From: Bryobacterales bacterium
GTDB lineage: Bacteria > Acidobacteriota > Terriglobia > Bryobacterales > Bryobacteraceae
Assembly (NCBI GenBank): GCA_963747945.1
Contig: CAVVHB010000018.1
Coordinates: forward strand, 224,868-288,867
Direction of reading: 5' to 3'
Length of the DNA: 64,000 bases
Shown: positions 18,997-27,270 of the stretch, in pieces
Position numbering within the stretch: position 1 is the first letter of the stretch
Layout of the letters: every line of letters begins with the position of its first letter
Position numbers and translations under genes: made by a program
The notes under the pieces: model-generated
What the model was told of the DNA's origin: nothing
Database searches by the model: none
What the model saw: only the letters and a program-made list of their open reading frames with translations

Positions 18997-20445
18997 ATGA
19001 CCGCCAGCGCAACGCTTACCGCATCCCCATACCGGCTGCGGGAGTATCATGCTTTCGATTCGGATGGCACCCAGTTTTTGTATCTGGTGCCCAGCGGAGC
19101 GATTTTCGCACTCAACGCCATCGGCCAGGCGATCATTGACTGCGTCGGCGAGCAGGATCGGACCAGGGAGGAGCTGATTGCAACGCTCGGTGACCGCGGC
19201 TATGAGGAAGAGGAGATCGAGAGTGCATTAACTGAACTCGAACACTCCGACGTTATTTCTAGCGGTGAGGCTTTCGTAGAAAAGCCCCAGCTTCCCGCGC
19301 GCAGCTTTCCTCTGCAGCGTGTGGTGCTGCACGTCACGAACCAGTGCAATCTGGCCTGTGGCTACTGTTACGAATACAGCGGCGACAAAATTAGCGAAAC
19401 CCAGGGCAAGCCGAAGTACATGGACGCGTCGGTGTCTGAGGCAGCCATCGATATGCTGATCGCCGAATCGGCTGAGCGGCCTTCCGTTCACGTCACTTTT
19501 TTTGGCGGCGAGACGCTGCTGAATTTTCCACTCCTCCGCCATACGGTGAGGTATGCCAAAACCAGGTGCGCCGAGGTTGGCAAGAGTGTCGAGTTTAGTC
19601 TCACAACCAACGCAACCTTGCTTAATGAGGAGATCGTGGAGTTCCTGGCCGAACATCGTGTGGGCGTCACGGTGAGTATCGATGGCGACCGCGAGTTGAA
19701 CGATAAGATGCGCATCTTTCACGATGGACGCGGCAGCTACGACGTCATTGTGCCCAAGATCAAAATGCTTCTCCAAGGCCATCGGACCAATTCGATTGGG
19801 GCCAGAGTAACTTTGAGCGCCGGAGTAGTACACGTCCGCAAGATATACGAACACCTGACGCAGGAGGTGGGATTCCGAGCGGTTGGCTTTTCGCCGGCCA
19901 CGGCCAGCCCGGAGCGGTTGTATCACATCGGAGTCCAGAAGATGAGCAGTGTTTTGGGCGGCTTTGAAGACCTGGCCTGGGAATATCGCGATTGGGCGGT
20001 GGCGGGCAAGCAACACGGGTTCACCAATGCCAACGACACACTGAAGGAATTGCACTCCGGAATTAGCAAGGCGTACCCTTGCGGCGCAGGCCTGGGTCTA
20101 TTAGGCGTCGGTACAGCGGGAGATATCAGCCTGTGTCATCGTTTTGTCGATTCGCCGGTAGGCAAGATGGGCCACTTGCAGCAGGGCGGCGTGGACCATG
20201 CCGCGCGGAACAACTTCCTCGAAACGCATCATCTGGGCGCTCGGTACGACTGTCACACCTGTTGGGCCCGGCCGGTGTGCGCCGGCGGATGCTATCACGA
20301 AGCATTCGTTCACTACGGCCAAACCTCAGCTGCGAACTTGCACTACTGCGATTGGATTCGTGGCTGGAATGATCTTTGTTTGCGGATTTATGGAGAGATC
20401 AGTCTTCAGAATCCGTCGTTCTTAGACCGCTTTAGCGACAACTGA
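18997..20445 (+). CDS. qhpD: radical SAM/SPASM maturase for the gamma subunit (thioether-forming QhpD)
   Basis: It has the CxxxCxxC motif CNLACGYCY, a GGE motif (FFGGETLL) and a C-terminal SPASM Cys cluster (CGAGLG...CHRF...CHTCWARPVCAGGCYHEA). It lies immediately upstream of qhpC. Confidence 0.9.
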   Translation: MTASATLTASPYRLREYHAFDSDGTQFLYLVPSGAIFALNAIGQAIIDCVGEQDRTREELIATLGDRGYEEEEIESALTELEHSDVISSGEAFVEKPQLPARSFPLQRVVLHVTNQCNLACGYCYEYSGDKISETQGKPKYMDASVSEAAIDMLIAESAERPSVHVTFFGGETLLNFPLLRHTVRYAKTRCAEVGKSVEFSLTTNATLLNEEIVEFLAEHRVGVTVSIDGDRELNDKMRIFHDGRGSYDVIVPKIKMLLQGHRTNSIGARVTLSAGVVHVRKIYEHLTQEVGFRAVGFSPATASPERLYHIGVQKMSSVLGGFEDLAWEYRDWAVAGKQHGFTNANDTLKELHSGISKAYPCGAGLGLLGVGTAGDISLCHRFVDSPVGKMGHLQQGGVDHAARNNFLETHHLGARYDCHTCWARPVCAGGCYHEAFVHYGQTSAANLHYCDWIRGWNDLCLRIYGEISLQNPSFLDRFSDN

Positions 20446-20473
20446 GTACCACGAAGACAGGGAGAACCTTTTC

Positions 20474-20812
20474 ATGAATTCCATGCGACCGATGAACCGC
20501 AAGGCACGCCAGGTGGAAGACACTGTGATTGCGAAGACTGGGGACGTACACGGGCTCCAAAACCCCAAGGAACAGGGAAAGGTCTACCATCCCATGGGCT
20601 GCACTTTGAACTTTACTCCTGGCTGGGAGGTTGACATCTCGGGCGGAACGGCGGGTCTTTGCCAGCCGGTGGAGCGCGACCTGTTCGATTGTTACCTCGG
20701 GTGCGGCTGGCCGGCTCAGGTTCCCGATCACCTGAACAATGCGCCAAATTGGACCGATAAGTGCGCTTCCGCGGCCAACGATTGGCGTAATGTGGATATC
20801 GTATTTCCGTAA
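20474..20812 (+). CDS. qhpC: quinohemoprotein amine dehydrogenase gamma subunit precursor (CTQ-bearing, thioether-crosslinked peptide)
   Basis: 112 aa, with an AGGGAGA RBS. The core is GCTLNFTPGWEVDISGGTAGLCQPVERDLFDCYLGCGWPAQVPDHLNNAPNW. It reproduces the spacing of the Paracoccus crosslink residues (C7-E16, C27-D33, C37/W43 CTQ, C41-D49). Confidence 0.9.
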   Translation: MNSMRPMNRKARQVEDTVIAKTGDVHGLQNPKEQGKVYHPMGCTLNFTPGWEVDISGGTAGLCQPVERDLFDCYLGCGWPAQVPDHLNNAPNWTDKCASAANDWRNVDIVFP

Positions 20813-20823
20813 ACTGAGCCGCC

Positions 20824-20875
20824 ATGCGTTAGCATGCGGTTTTGATTGGTCCCGGGAATCCGCATGCTAACGCAT
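20824..20875. repeat. perfect 16-bp inverted repeat (hairpin) 12 nt downstream of qhpC; possible terminator/attenuator or protein-binding palindrome
   Basis: The left arm ATGCGTTAGCATGCGG (20824-20839) is the exact reverse complement of the right arm CCGCATGCTAACGCAT (20860-20875). The 20-nt loop contains CCCGGG. No U-tract follows, so it is not a canonical intrinsic terminator. Confidence 0.7.
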
Positions 20876-20886
20876 CGCGGCTCGAA

Positions 20887-22326
20887 ATGCTGAATCTTGC
20901 GACTCTCGGACTGTTTCTGGCAGTCCTACCTGCGGCGAAACTGCCGTTTCATATTGAAGCTACCGAAGACGCCGCTGGTGAGTTTCCAGGCGCGCCTCCT
21001 GTGCAGTCATTCTCTTTTGGCCAATGGAAAGGCCGCTGGGTTTTCATCGGCGGCCGAGTAGCGGGGTATCACAATTTCGGCGGCGGCACAGCCGAGTTCC
21101 TGCGAAGCGATGCAAACCGGGAAATATGGGTTGTGGACACTACCGTCCGCCCGGCCAAAACGTACCATGTCGCCATTGCCGCATTACCCGACGCGCTGGC
21201 TCCCGTGAAGGACGAATGGACGGCCGCCGGGCAACTTTACTATCAGGACGGATCCACTTTGTACATCGCTGGTGGTTACGGCCAGGATCACAGCGGAAAT
21301 TGGGTCACCTATCCGGTAATCTCCGCGGTGGACCTGCCGCAGCTTATCGACGATGTCATGCACGGACGTGCACCGTCCGTCATCCCATTTGCCGAAACGC
21401 CCTCGGTACAATCGGCCGGCGGAGAGCTGATCAAACTCCCCGATGGCTACTTCTATCTGGTGATGGGCCATTCGTTCCAAGGTAGCTACACGGCTTTTGA
21501 GGGCCACACTGAGCACAACTCGGACTCCGCATCGCAAGAATACTTGAACGAGATCCGGCGCTTGTCCATAAAAGCTGGCCCGCACGGAAAGCTGGTGGTC
21601 CAGCTGGCCAAAACTTATCGCGACGAAACCGAGTTTCATCGGCGTGACTTGAATGTCGCGCCCATCGTTACGCCCAAAGGCCTAGGTATCGCGATCTATG
21701 GGGGAGTCTTCACACCGGAGACCCAGTTAGGCTACAGCCACCCCATCTATTTACTGCCAAGCTCCCAACTATTGCCCGGCTCCCAACCAACTGTCGACGT
21801 GAATTTCGAGCAAAAGATGAACGCTTACGCTTGCGCGAAATTGCCGATTTACGACAAGGCGAACCAAACCATGTACACGTCTTTCTTCGGAGGTATCAGC
21901 AGGTTCTGGTGGGATTCGGAAAGTCAAACGTTTCAAGAGAATTCTCGCGTCGGCGACAAGTCCTCCAAACCTTACCTGGACGGTATGCAGTGGAGCGATC
22001 AGATTTCAACTCTCCGCAGGGTGATGGCCGCCGGAAAAGAAGAAACTAGCGAAATCGTGCAGTCGCATTCCTTGCCCGGTTTCTTGGGAACCGCCGCGGT
22101 GTTTATCCCTGGGGACGAGGTTGCGCGTGCGATCCCAGGAACAGCGCTGCTTGACCTGGACGCTCTGCGAGGGAAGCGAACATTGGTTGGATACATCTAT
22201 GGTGGAATTCAGGCCTTCCCCTATGCTTTCCCGTATTCGAAGAGCGGCACTCCGTACAATGCCGGTGCGGTTGCTTCCAAGCCGAGCGGAGTAATTCTCA
22301 AGGTGTATGTGGATGCCGAGCGCTAA
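20887..22326 (+). CDS. secreted Kelch-like beta-propeller protein of unknown function
   Basis: The ATG at 20887 (MLNLATLGLFLAVLPAA) is preferred over the TTG at 20842, which lies inside the hairpin loop. Blade motifs recur (FIGGRVAGY, YIAGGYGQD, AIYGGVFT, SFFGGISRFWW, YIYGGIQ). Confidence 0.65.
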   Translation: MLNLATLGLFLAVLPAAKLPFHIEATEDAAGEFPGAPPVQSFSFGQWKGRWVFIGGRVAGYHNFGGGTAEFLRSDANREIWVVDTTVRPAKTYHVAIAALPDALAPVKDEWTAAGQLYYQDGSTLYIAGGYGQDHSGNWVTYPVISAVDLPQLIDDVMHGRAPSVIPFAETPSVQSAGGELIKLPDGYFYLVMGHSFQGSYTAFEGHTEHNSDSASQEYLNEIRRLSIKAGPHGKLVVQLAKTYRDETEFHRRDLNVAPIVTPKGLGIAIYGGVFTPETQLGYSHPIYLLPSSQLLPGSQPTVDVNFEQKMNAYACAKLPIYDKANQTMYTSFFGGISRFWWDSESQTFQENSRVGDKSSKPYLDGMQWSDQISTLRRVMAAGKEETSEIVQSHSLPGFLGTAAVFIPGDEVARAIPGTALLDLDALRGKRTLVGYIYGGIQAFPYAFPYSKSGTPYNAGAVASKPSGVILKVYVDAER

Positions 22327-23660
22327 TTCCTTCGCTGAGCGATCCACGTTGCGATATCGTCGATGACGGTGGAATCCACATTGCCCTGTTTCATGTAGTC
22401 GGAAGGTCCCGGTTTGTCAGCACCGGATGTAAAGAGGTTGTTCAGCGCCGGGTACTCCTTAAAAGCCACGTTGTTGCGGCCGGCAAGAGCGGCTTTCCAA
22501 ATCTCAAGGTCTTTCGAAGTGACCTGGAAATCGCGCCCACCCTGCAAGAACAGCATTGGAATCGCTAACTTTTTCGCCTGCTCGGCTGGTTCGTAGCCTT
22601 TCAGATCCATAATGTAAACGCCGGGCAGGCCCAGGAGCGACGGTGGAGGCGTAGTGCCGGGCTGCAGGTTCTTCACTTTTGCAACCTCGGCTTTCAGGGC
22701 GTCCAGCCTCTGCTGCAATTGCGGCGAGGGATCGCCATTAAGATGAGCAAGATATTCCCCCTGAGCGAGCGAAACGTCTTCGATGGGACGGGCGTTCGCT
22801 GCAAAGAAAATCAGACCGGCAAGTTTCCCGTCGCGGGCTGCGATACGTGGCACGGCGTAACCGCCCAGGCTGTGGCCCAAAAGGTAGATGCGATTCGCGG
22901 CCACTTCGGGCTGGCGCCGCAGCACACCAATCGCGCGAACCGCGTCTTCCACCGTTTCCTGATCCAGCGTGAAGGCCATCTCGCTCATCTTGTCTCCGTA
23001 GGTGAGCGTCCGCTTGTCGTACCGGAGCACCGCAATGCCGCGCGATGATAACCCTTCGGCAAGGTCGCGAAAAATGCGGTTGGAGTAAATTTCCTCGTCG
23101 CGATCGTGTGGGCCCGGACCATGCACCAGCACCACCCCAGGGAATGGTCCCTTGCCTACCGGCACGGTGAGGGTGCCGCCCAGCTTCCATTCGTCTTCGC
23201 CCACGGTCACTTCGCGCTGCGTGAACGCGTCCGGCTTGCTGTAGGACGGACGCTGCCACACTTTCGGCAAAGGTGCATTCAAGGGGCGAAGATAGAGACC
23301 AACCACCTGGAGCGAGGTGTCCAGCGTGAATTGAATATTCACTCTGGTCTCAGTCATGTGAACCGGGAAGCTGATCAGTGTGTCGTCGCCATCTTTCGCC
23401 GTCACCGGATCGCCAACTTCTTTCAACTGGCCAAAGGTGTGGATCTCGCCGCTCACCTGATCGTGCAGGAATTCAACGGTAAGACGGTCCTTCGCGGCGG
23501 GTGTCAACATGGTTCGCAGCTCCGGATATTTCTCCGCCAGCAGAAGGTCCAGCGCCTTGCGCGCAACCGCGGTGGCCTTGTCCGGAGACTCCGCGCCAAG
23601 CAGCGAAAACACGAACAGAACAGGAGCGACGGCAGCTCCCAGCTTCTTAAGAAACGACAA
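22323..23660 (-). CDS. secreted alpha/beta hydrolase (DUF3887-like N-domain plus serine hydrolase)
   Basis: 445 aa with a signal peptide, the nucleophile elbow GHSLGG and an HGPGPHDRDE-type oxyanion region. It is convergent with the previous gene, with a 4-nt overlap. Confidence 0.85.
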   Translation of the reverse strand: MSFLKKLGAAVAPVLFVFSLLGAESPDKATAVARKALDLLLAEKYPELRTMLTPAAKDRLTVEFLHDQVSGEIHTFGQLKEVGDPVTAKDGDDTLISFPVHMTETRVNIQFTLDTSLQVVGLYLRPLNAPLPKVWQRPSYSKPDAFTQREVTVGEDEWKLGGTLTVPVGKGPFPGVVLVHGPGPHDRDEEIYSNRIFRDLAEGLSSRGIAVLRYDKRTLTYGDKMSEMAFTLDQETVEDAVRAIGVLRRQPEVAANRIYLLGHSLGGYAVPRIAARDGKLAGLIFFAANARPIEDVSLAQGEYLAHLNGDPSPQLQQRLDALKAEVAKVKNLQPGTTPPPSLLGLPGVYIMDLKGYEPAEQAKKLAIPMLFLQGGRDFQVTSKDLEIWKAALAGRNNVAFKEYPALNNLFTSGADKPGPSDYMKQGNVDSTVIDDIATWIAQRRN

Positions 23661-23869
23661 TGATCCCTCCGCCGGTAAGTGTCATTTTGTGAATGCAGGT
23701 ACGCTACGTACGGGTTGCGCGCGGCAGCTCAGCCTGGCGCCATTCCCACTCGCGAGCTGCCAACGGAGGCAGGTGCTATTAAAGTCTGCGCCAACTAACA
23801 GCTCTAGTCAAGCTGAACGTTGTTCGCAACTGCACTGTCTGGCGCTGCGCTCCGTTTTGCGCGACTTCT

Positions 23870-24022
23870 TCAATGCAGTAAAACCTGGAACAGAAGTTCC
23901 AGTTCTCCTGTCTCCCTTGCAATCACCTGGATGAGTTCCTGCAGTCTCCGCTCCCCGTCCTCACGATCGATCATACAGGCGTGCAGGTCGGTGCGGAACC
24001 TGTAAAGATACAAAACCGTCAT
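23870..24022 (-). CDS. candidate 50-aa small protein coupled to the TadZ-like gene
   Basis: It is below the 60-aa cut-off of the ORF track. The ATG at 24020-24022 lies 2 nt after the TAG (24025-24027) of the upstream gene. The translation is MTVLYLYRFRTDLHACMIDREDGERRLQELIQVIARETGELELLFQVLLH (helical, charged). No homology was recognised. Confidence 0.25.
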   Translation of the reverse strand: MTVLYLYRFRTDLHACMIDREDGERRLQELIQVIARETGELELLFQVLLH

Positions 24023-24024
24023 CC

Positions 24025-25314
24025 CTATGCCAGCCTGACAGGGTAAATCACCTTTTCGTCCTGCGGCTGATCTAGTTTCATCCGGAGCATCCTGGGGTTG
24101 GTTTTGCTCTCAGTCAGGCCCCCCTGGCGGAATGCTCCCAGATCAGATGCACATTTCTCGGCCAGCGTGATCAGGCTTTCGGCTACCAGGCTATCGGGCT
24201 GAAACGCGATCAGCGGCGTGTGGGCGAGCGCGGCCCCGAGACAAATGTCTGGTTCCGGCGGAACTACGCCGAGAGCGGAAAATCCAAGCAGAGTTTCGAT
24301 TTCCGGCAGGGGCATCGGGCAATTCGGCGCTGCGCGGTTCACCAGAATCATCTGGATGGGCTGTGGCATGCCATCCCACTCCTTGATGGCCTGGGTCATC
24401 AGCTTGGCCGATTGCACGCACACCGGATCCCGCTCCACCACCAAAACCAGGCGGCTGGAAACTTCGGCCGCCGCACGGTTGGCGTCCGACAACCAGGCCG
24501 GAAGATCCAGTACGACGTAGTCCGCCAGCCCAGCCAGCAATTTAACCAAGGATTTCACGCGCGCGGGCGCAAGGTCTCCGCACTCGGCGGCCCTTTGCGG
24601 ACCGAACAAGACGCTCAATCCGGGAACATTCTTGCAGGGCCACAGACAAGCGCCCGCTTCCGTTGGTTCGATTTCCGCCGCGTCGGCTCGCAGCAGATGT
24701 GAGATATTTCGAACTTGCCCGTAGGGTTTCAGGTACGGCAACAAGGTTCCAAAGGCGGGCCGCAGTTCCGCGAGAATCACCTTACTGTCCCGGGCCAGAA
24801 CCGAAGCCACATTGAGAGCCACCGTGGTGGCGCCCACCCCTCCCTTTGCGCCAATGAATGAGATGGTGCCGCGCTCCGGCCGCGACCCAAACCCGATCGA
24901 GTTTCGGGAGCCGGACTGCCGGCGCGCGAATTCCACGGCCGAACAAATGGCGCGGTTCATTGCCTGGCTGGACTCTTTCTTGAGCAGGCAATCGGCGGCT
25001 CCGGCGCGCATCGCTTGCAGCGCGAGTCCCTCATCGTGAGCGTCGTACAAGACGATAATCGGGACCCGCGGGGCGGCCCGCTGCACCGGCAGAAAGCCGG
25101 CTAGAGCATCCCTGGACCGCCCATCCGGCAACGAGAGGTCCAGCAGGATAACGTCCACGCCACCCCCTCCGATTCGGGCCAGCGCGATGGACATGCCTGC
25201 GACACATTGGAGCTGGAAGGCGCCACCCCCGCACTGGGCCAGAGACTGACGGATCAGGGCGGCCTCCGCGGGGTCTTTCTCAATCAGGAGCACGAATGGA
25301 TTGTGGCCGTCCAT
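24025..25314 (-). CDS. receiver domain fused to a TadZ/CpaE-like (MinD/ParA superfamily) ATPase
   Basis: 429 aa. The N-terminal REC domain has FVLLIEKDP...VDVILLDLSLPDG. The variant deviant Walker A is GAKGGVGATT. Its start codon directly abuts the stop of the upstream paralog. Confidence 0.8.
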   Translation of the reverse strand: MDGHNPFVLLIEKDPAEAALIRQSLAQCGGGAFQLQCVAGMSIALARIGGGGVDVILLDLSLPDGRSRDALAGFLPVQRAAPRVPIIVLYDAHDEGLALQAMRAGAADCLLKKESSQAMNRAICSAVEFARRQSGSRNSIGFGSRPERGTISFIGAKGGVGATTVALNVASVLARDSKVILAELRPAFGTLLPYLKPYGQVRNISHLLRADAAEIEPTEAGACLWPCKNVPGLSVLFGPQRAAECGDLAPARVKSLVKLLAGLADYVVLDLPAWLSDANRAAAEVSSRLVLVVERDPVCVQSAKLMTQAIKEWDGMPQPIQMILVNRAAPNCPMPLPEIETLLGFSALGVVPPEPDICLGAALAHTPLIAFQPDSLVAESLITLAEKCASDLGAFRQGGLTESKTNPRMLRMKLDQPQDEKVIYPVRLA

Positions 25315-26580
25315 CTAGAGGTTCTCCGCCGGCGAAGGGTGGGGGGCCGCGTTAGCCGCCTTTTCAATCTTCTTGGCGGAACGTTTTTCGGAAAACGAGA
25401 AAATTCGCGAAACTCTGCTCCTCGGCTGCTCGGTTTGAAGCTTGGCCATTTTCCGGGACAAATCCGCCATCCGCAGGCGGAAGCCGCTGTTTTTTCCGGG
25501 GAGTCCTCTTTGCACGCAGGCCTCGTGCAGGTCCTGTCCAGCCGGCGCAAACGTGGCGTAAACCGGCAGTCCGAACAGACGCTGCAGCTCGCTTTCGGGC
25601 ATGTCCTCGTAATTGGAAAACTGATTTACAATCATCCTGATTCGGTCGCCTTGGAAGCCCGCTGCCCGCAAGCCGTCAATGGCCCGCTTGGTTTCATAAA
25701 GCGAAGGAACGGCGGTGCTGGTGACTAAGAACACCTCGGTGAGTTTATCCAGCAGCTCGAAAGAGAAACGGGACGGCGTCCCCAGGTCCACCACCACCCA
25801 GCGATACAGTTGCTGGGCTATGGTGAGCACCTGATGAAGATTTTCCATGGCCGGCACGCTGGTGCCCGGGATACTGGGAGAACGTAAGACTTCCAGGCCG
25901 CCGGGATAGTGGCCGACCAGACCTCCCCAAAACGACGCATCCAGCCGGTCGAGATTCCCCGCGGCGTCCAGAACCGTATATTCCGTTTCCGCGTTCATCA
26001 GGAACCCAACCATGCCGCAGTCCAGATCCATATCCACCAGCAACGTTTCCCGCTCCGTTTGCCGGCGTAATTCGACGGCCAGGTTGCAAGCGATAGTGGT
26101 GGCGCCCACGCCTCCCTTCACGCCCATAATGCCCACCAACGCGGCTTGTTCGAAAGCGGAGCCGGCCTTGGCGGCCGTGCGGCTGGCATTTCTTACCACG
26201 GCATATTGAATCGCTTTGGCCAGGGATTCGCCGTTGCACGAGCTCTTGACCAGGTAATCCTGCGCGCCCTCCTGCACCAGTCGAAGCGCCAGCTGTTCGC
26301 TATCTTCCCCGCTCAGCAGGATCACCGGCACTCCGGCTGCGTGCAGTTTGGTTCTTCCATACGTGTCGGCTCCACTGCTATCCGGCAGCCCGAGATCGAG
26401 CAGAATTACGTCCACGCCGCCCTGCTTCAAGCGGTACAGGCCGGCCTGCAAAGAATCGGTCCAGTGCAGAACAAAGGCGATTTCAGTCCTCACCGAAAGC
26501 CATTGCTGAACCAGCGCGGCATAGTCGGGACTGTCTTCGATCAGTAGAACCGTCAGAGTCTTGTGCATTTGCGGTGACAT
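25315..26580 (-). CDS. receiver domain fused to a TadZ/CpaE-like ATPase (paralog 2)
   Basis: The start was trimmed to the ATG at 26580 (MSPQMHKTLTVLLIEDSPDY); an alternative ATG lies at 26568. The REC domain has VDVILLDLGLPDSSG and the Walker A is GVKGGVGATT. Confidence 0.8.
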   Translation of the reverse strand: MSPQMHKTLTVLLIEDSPDYAALVQQWLSVRTEIAFVLHWTDSLQAGLYRLKQGGVDVILLDLGLPDSSGADTYGRTKLHAAGVPVILLSGEDSEQLALRLVQEGAQDYLVKSSCNGESLAKAIQYAVVRNASRTAAKAGSAFEQAALVGIMGVKGGVGATTIACNLAVELRRQTERETLLVDMDLDCGMVGFLMNAETEYTVLDAAGNLDRLDASFWGGLVGHYPGGLEVLRSPSIPGTSVPAMENLHQVLTIAQQLYRWVVVDLGTPSRFSFELLDKLTEVFLVTSTAVPSLYETKRAIDGLRAAGFQGDRIRMIVNQFSNYEDMPESELQRLFGLPVYATFAPAGQDLHEACVQRGLPGKNSGFRLRMADLSRKMAKLQTEQPRSRVSRIFSFSEKRSAKKIEKAANAAPHPSPAENL

Positions 26581-26691
26581 TCGCCGTGAACATTTCTCAT
26601 CGGCTATTTCGTCGACACAAACATAGACCCGATGGAATAGCCGGTTGTATAGTCCCGTCGAATCGCTTGGAATGCACAGTTTTCTTCCCGT

Positions 26692-27270
26692 GTGTTCGGA
26701 AAACGTGCCGATCTGTTTGACATGGGCGACTCGCAGGAGCGCACGCAAAATCTTTTGGTTTTTCACTCGAGCGGATTGAACTGTGCTTTCCCGCTCGAAG
26801 CGGTGCGCGAAGTCGTGCCCATGGCCAGGCTCTCCTCTCCGCCGGGCCTGCCTTCGGGGTTGTTGGGTTTCCTGGATCTAAGAGGAACCGCCATTCCGAT
26901 CGTTCGTCTGGATCGGCTCTTCGATCTTGCCGAGCAGAAACCGGGACTGCACACGCCGATGATTATCTTGCGCGGGGTCCTGGGCCCGATCGGCATCCTG
27001 GTGGACTTCGTTCGCGGTATTGTAGCGGCGTCGTCCGCGTCGCTGCTCGATATACCCGAAGACGGCACGTTCCAGGGTTGCGGAACGGCCGCCCTGCAAC
27101 TCGACGGTGAGCTGATTCATCTGCTCGCACCGGCCGCCCTGCTCAAAGCCAGCGAAGATCGCCTGTTGGCCGATTACAGCGCCATGTCGCAGGCCCGTCT
27201 GCTGCACCTGCCCGGGAAATCCATGCCTGGGGAAACCATGCCTGGGAAAAACATGGGGGAGAGAGCGTGA
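26692..27270 (+). CDS. cheW: CheW-like coupling protein (WspB-like position)
   Basis: CheW fold pattern (LLVFHSSGLNCAFPLEAVREVV...GFLDLRGTAIPIVRLDRLF). The start is GTG 26692 or ATG 26722. The stop overlaps the cheR GTG (GTGA). Confidence 0.8.
   Translation: MFGKRADLFDMGDSQERTQNLLVFHSSGLNCAFPLEAVREVVPMARLSSPPGLPSGLLGFLDLRGTAIPIVRLDRLFDLAEQKPGLHTPMIILRGVLGPIGILVDFVRGIVAASSASLLDIPEDGTFQGCGTAALQLDGELIHLLAPAALLKASEDRLLADYSAMSQARLLHLPGKSMPGETMPGKNMGERA
27214..27258 (+). repeat. imperfect 15-bp tandem repeat x3 inside the cheW 3' end (encodes PGKSM/PGETM/PGKNM)
   Basis: The three units are gggaaatccatgcct / ggggaaaccatgcct / gggaaaaacatgggg, read directly. Confidence 0.8.

Noticed and set aside
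20842-20886. TTG start at 20842 for the Kelch-like protein (as in the ORF track)
   Set aside because: The codon lies inside the loop of the 16-bp hairpin, and the extension (MIGPGNPHANASRLE) precedes the obvious signal peptide. The ATG at 20887 is more plausible.
26581-26691. Possible sigma-54 promoter (TGGAAT...TTTTC) in the divergent region between the TadZ-like genes and cheW
   Set aside because: The GG-to-GC spacing does not fit the -24/-12 consensus (TGGCAC-N5-TTGCW), so there is no supportable promoter call.
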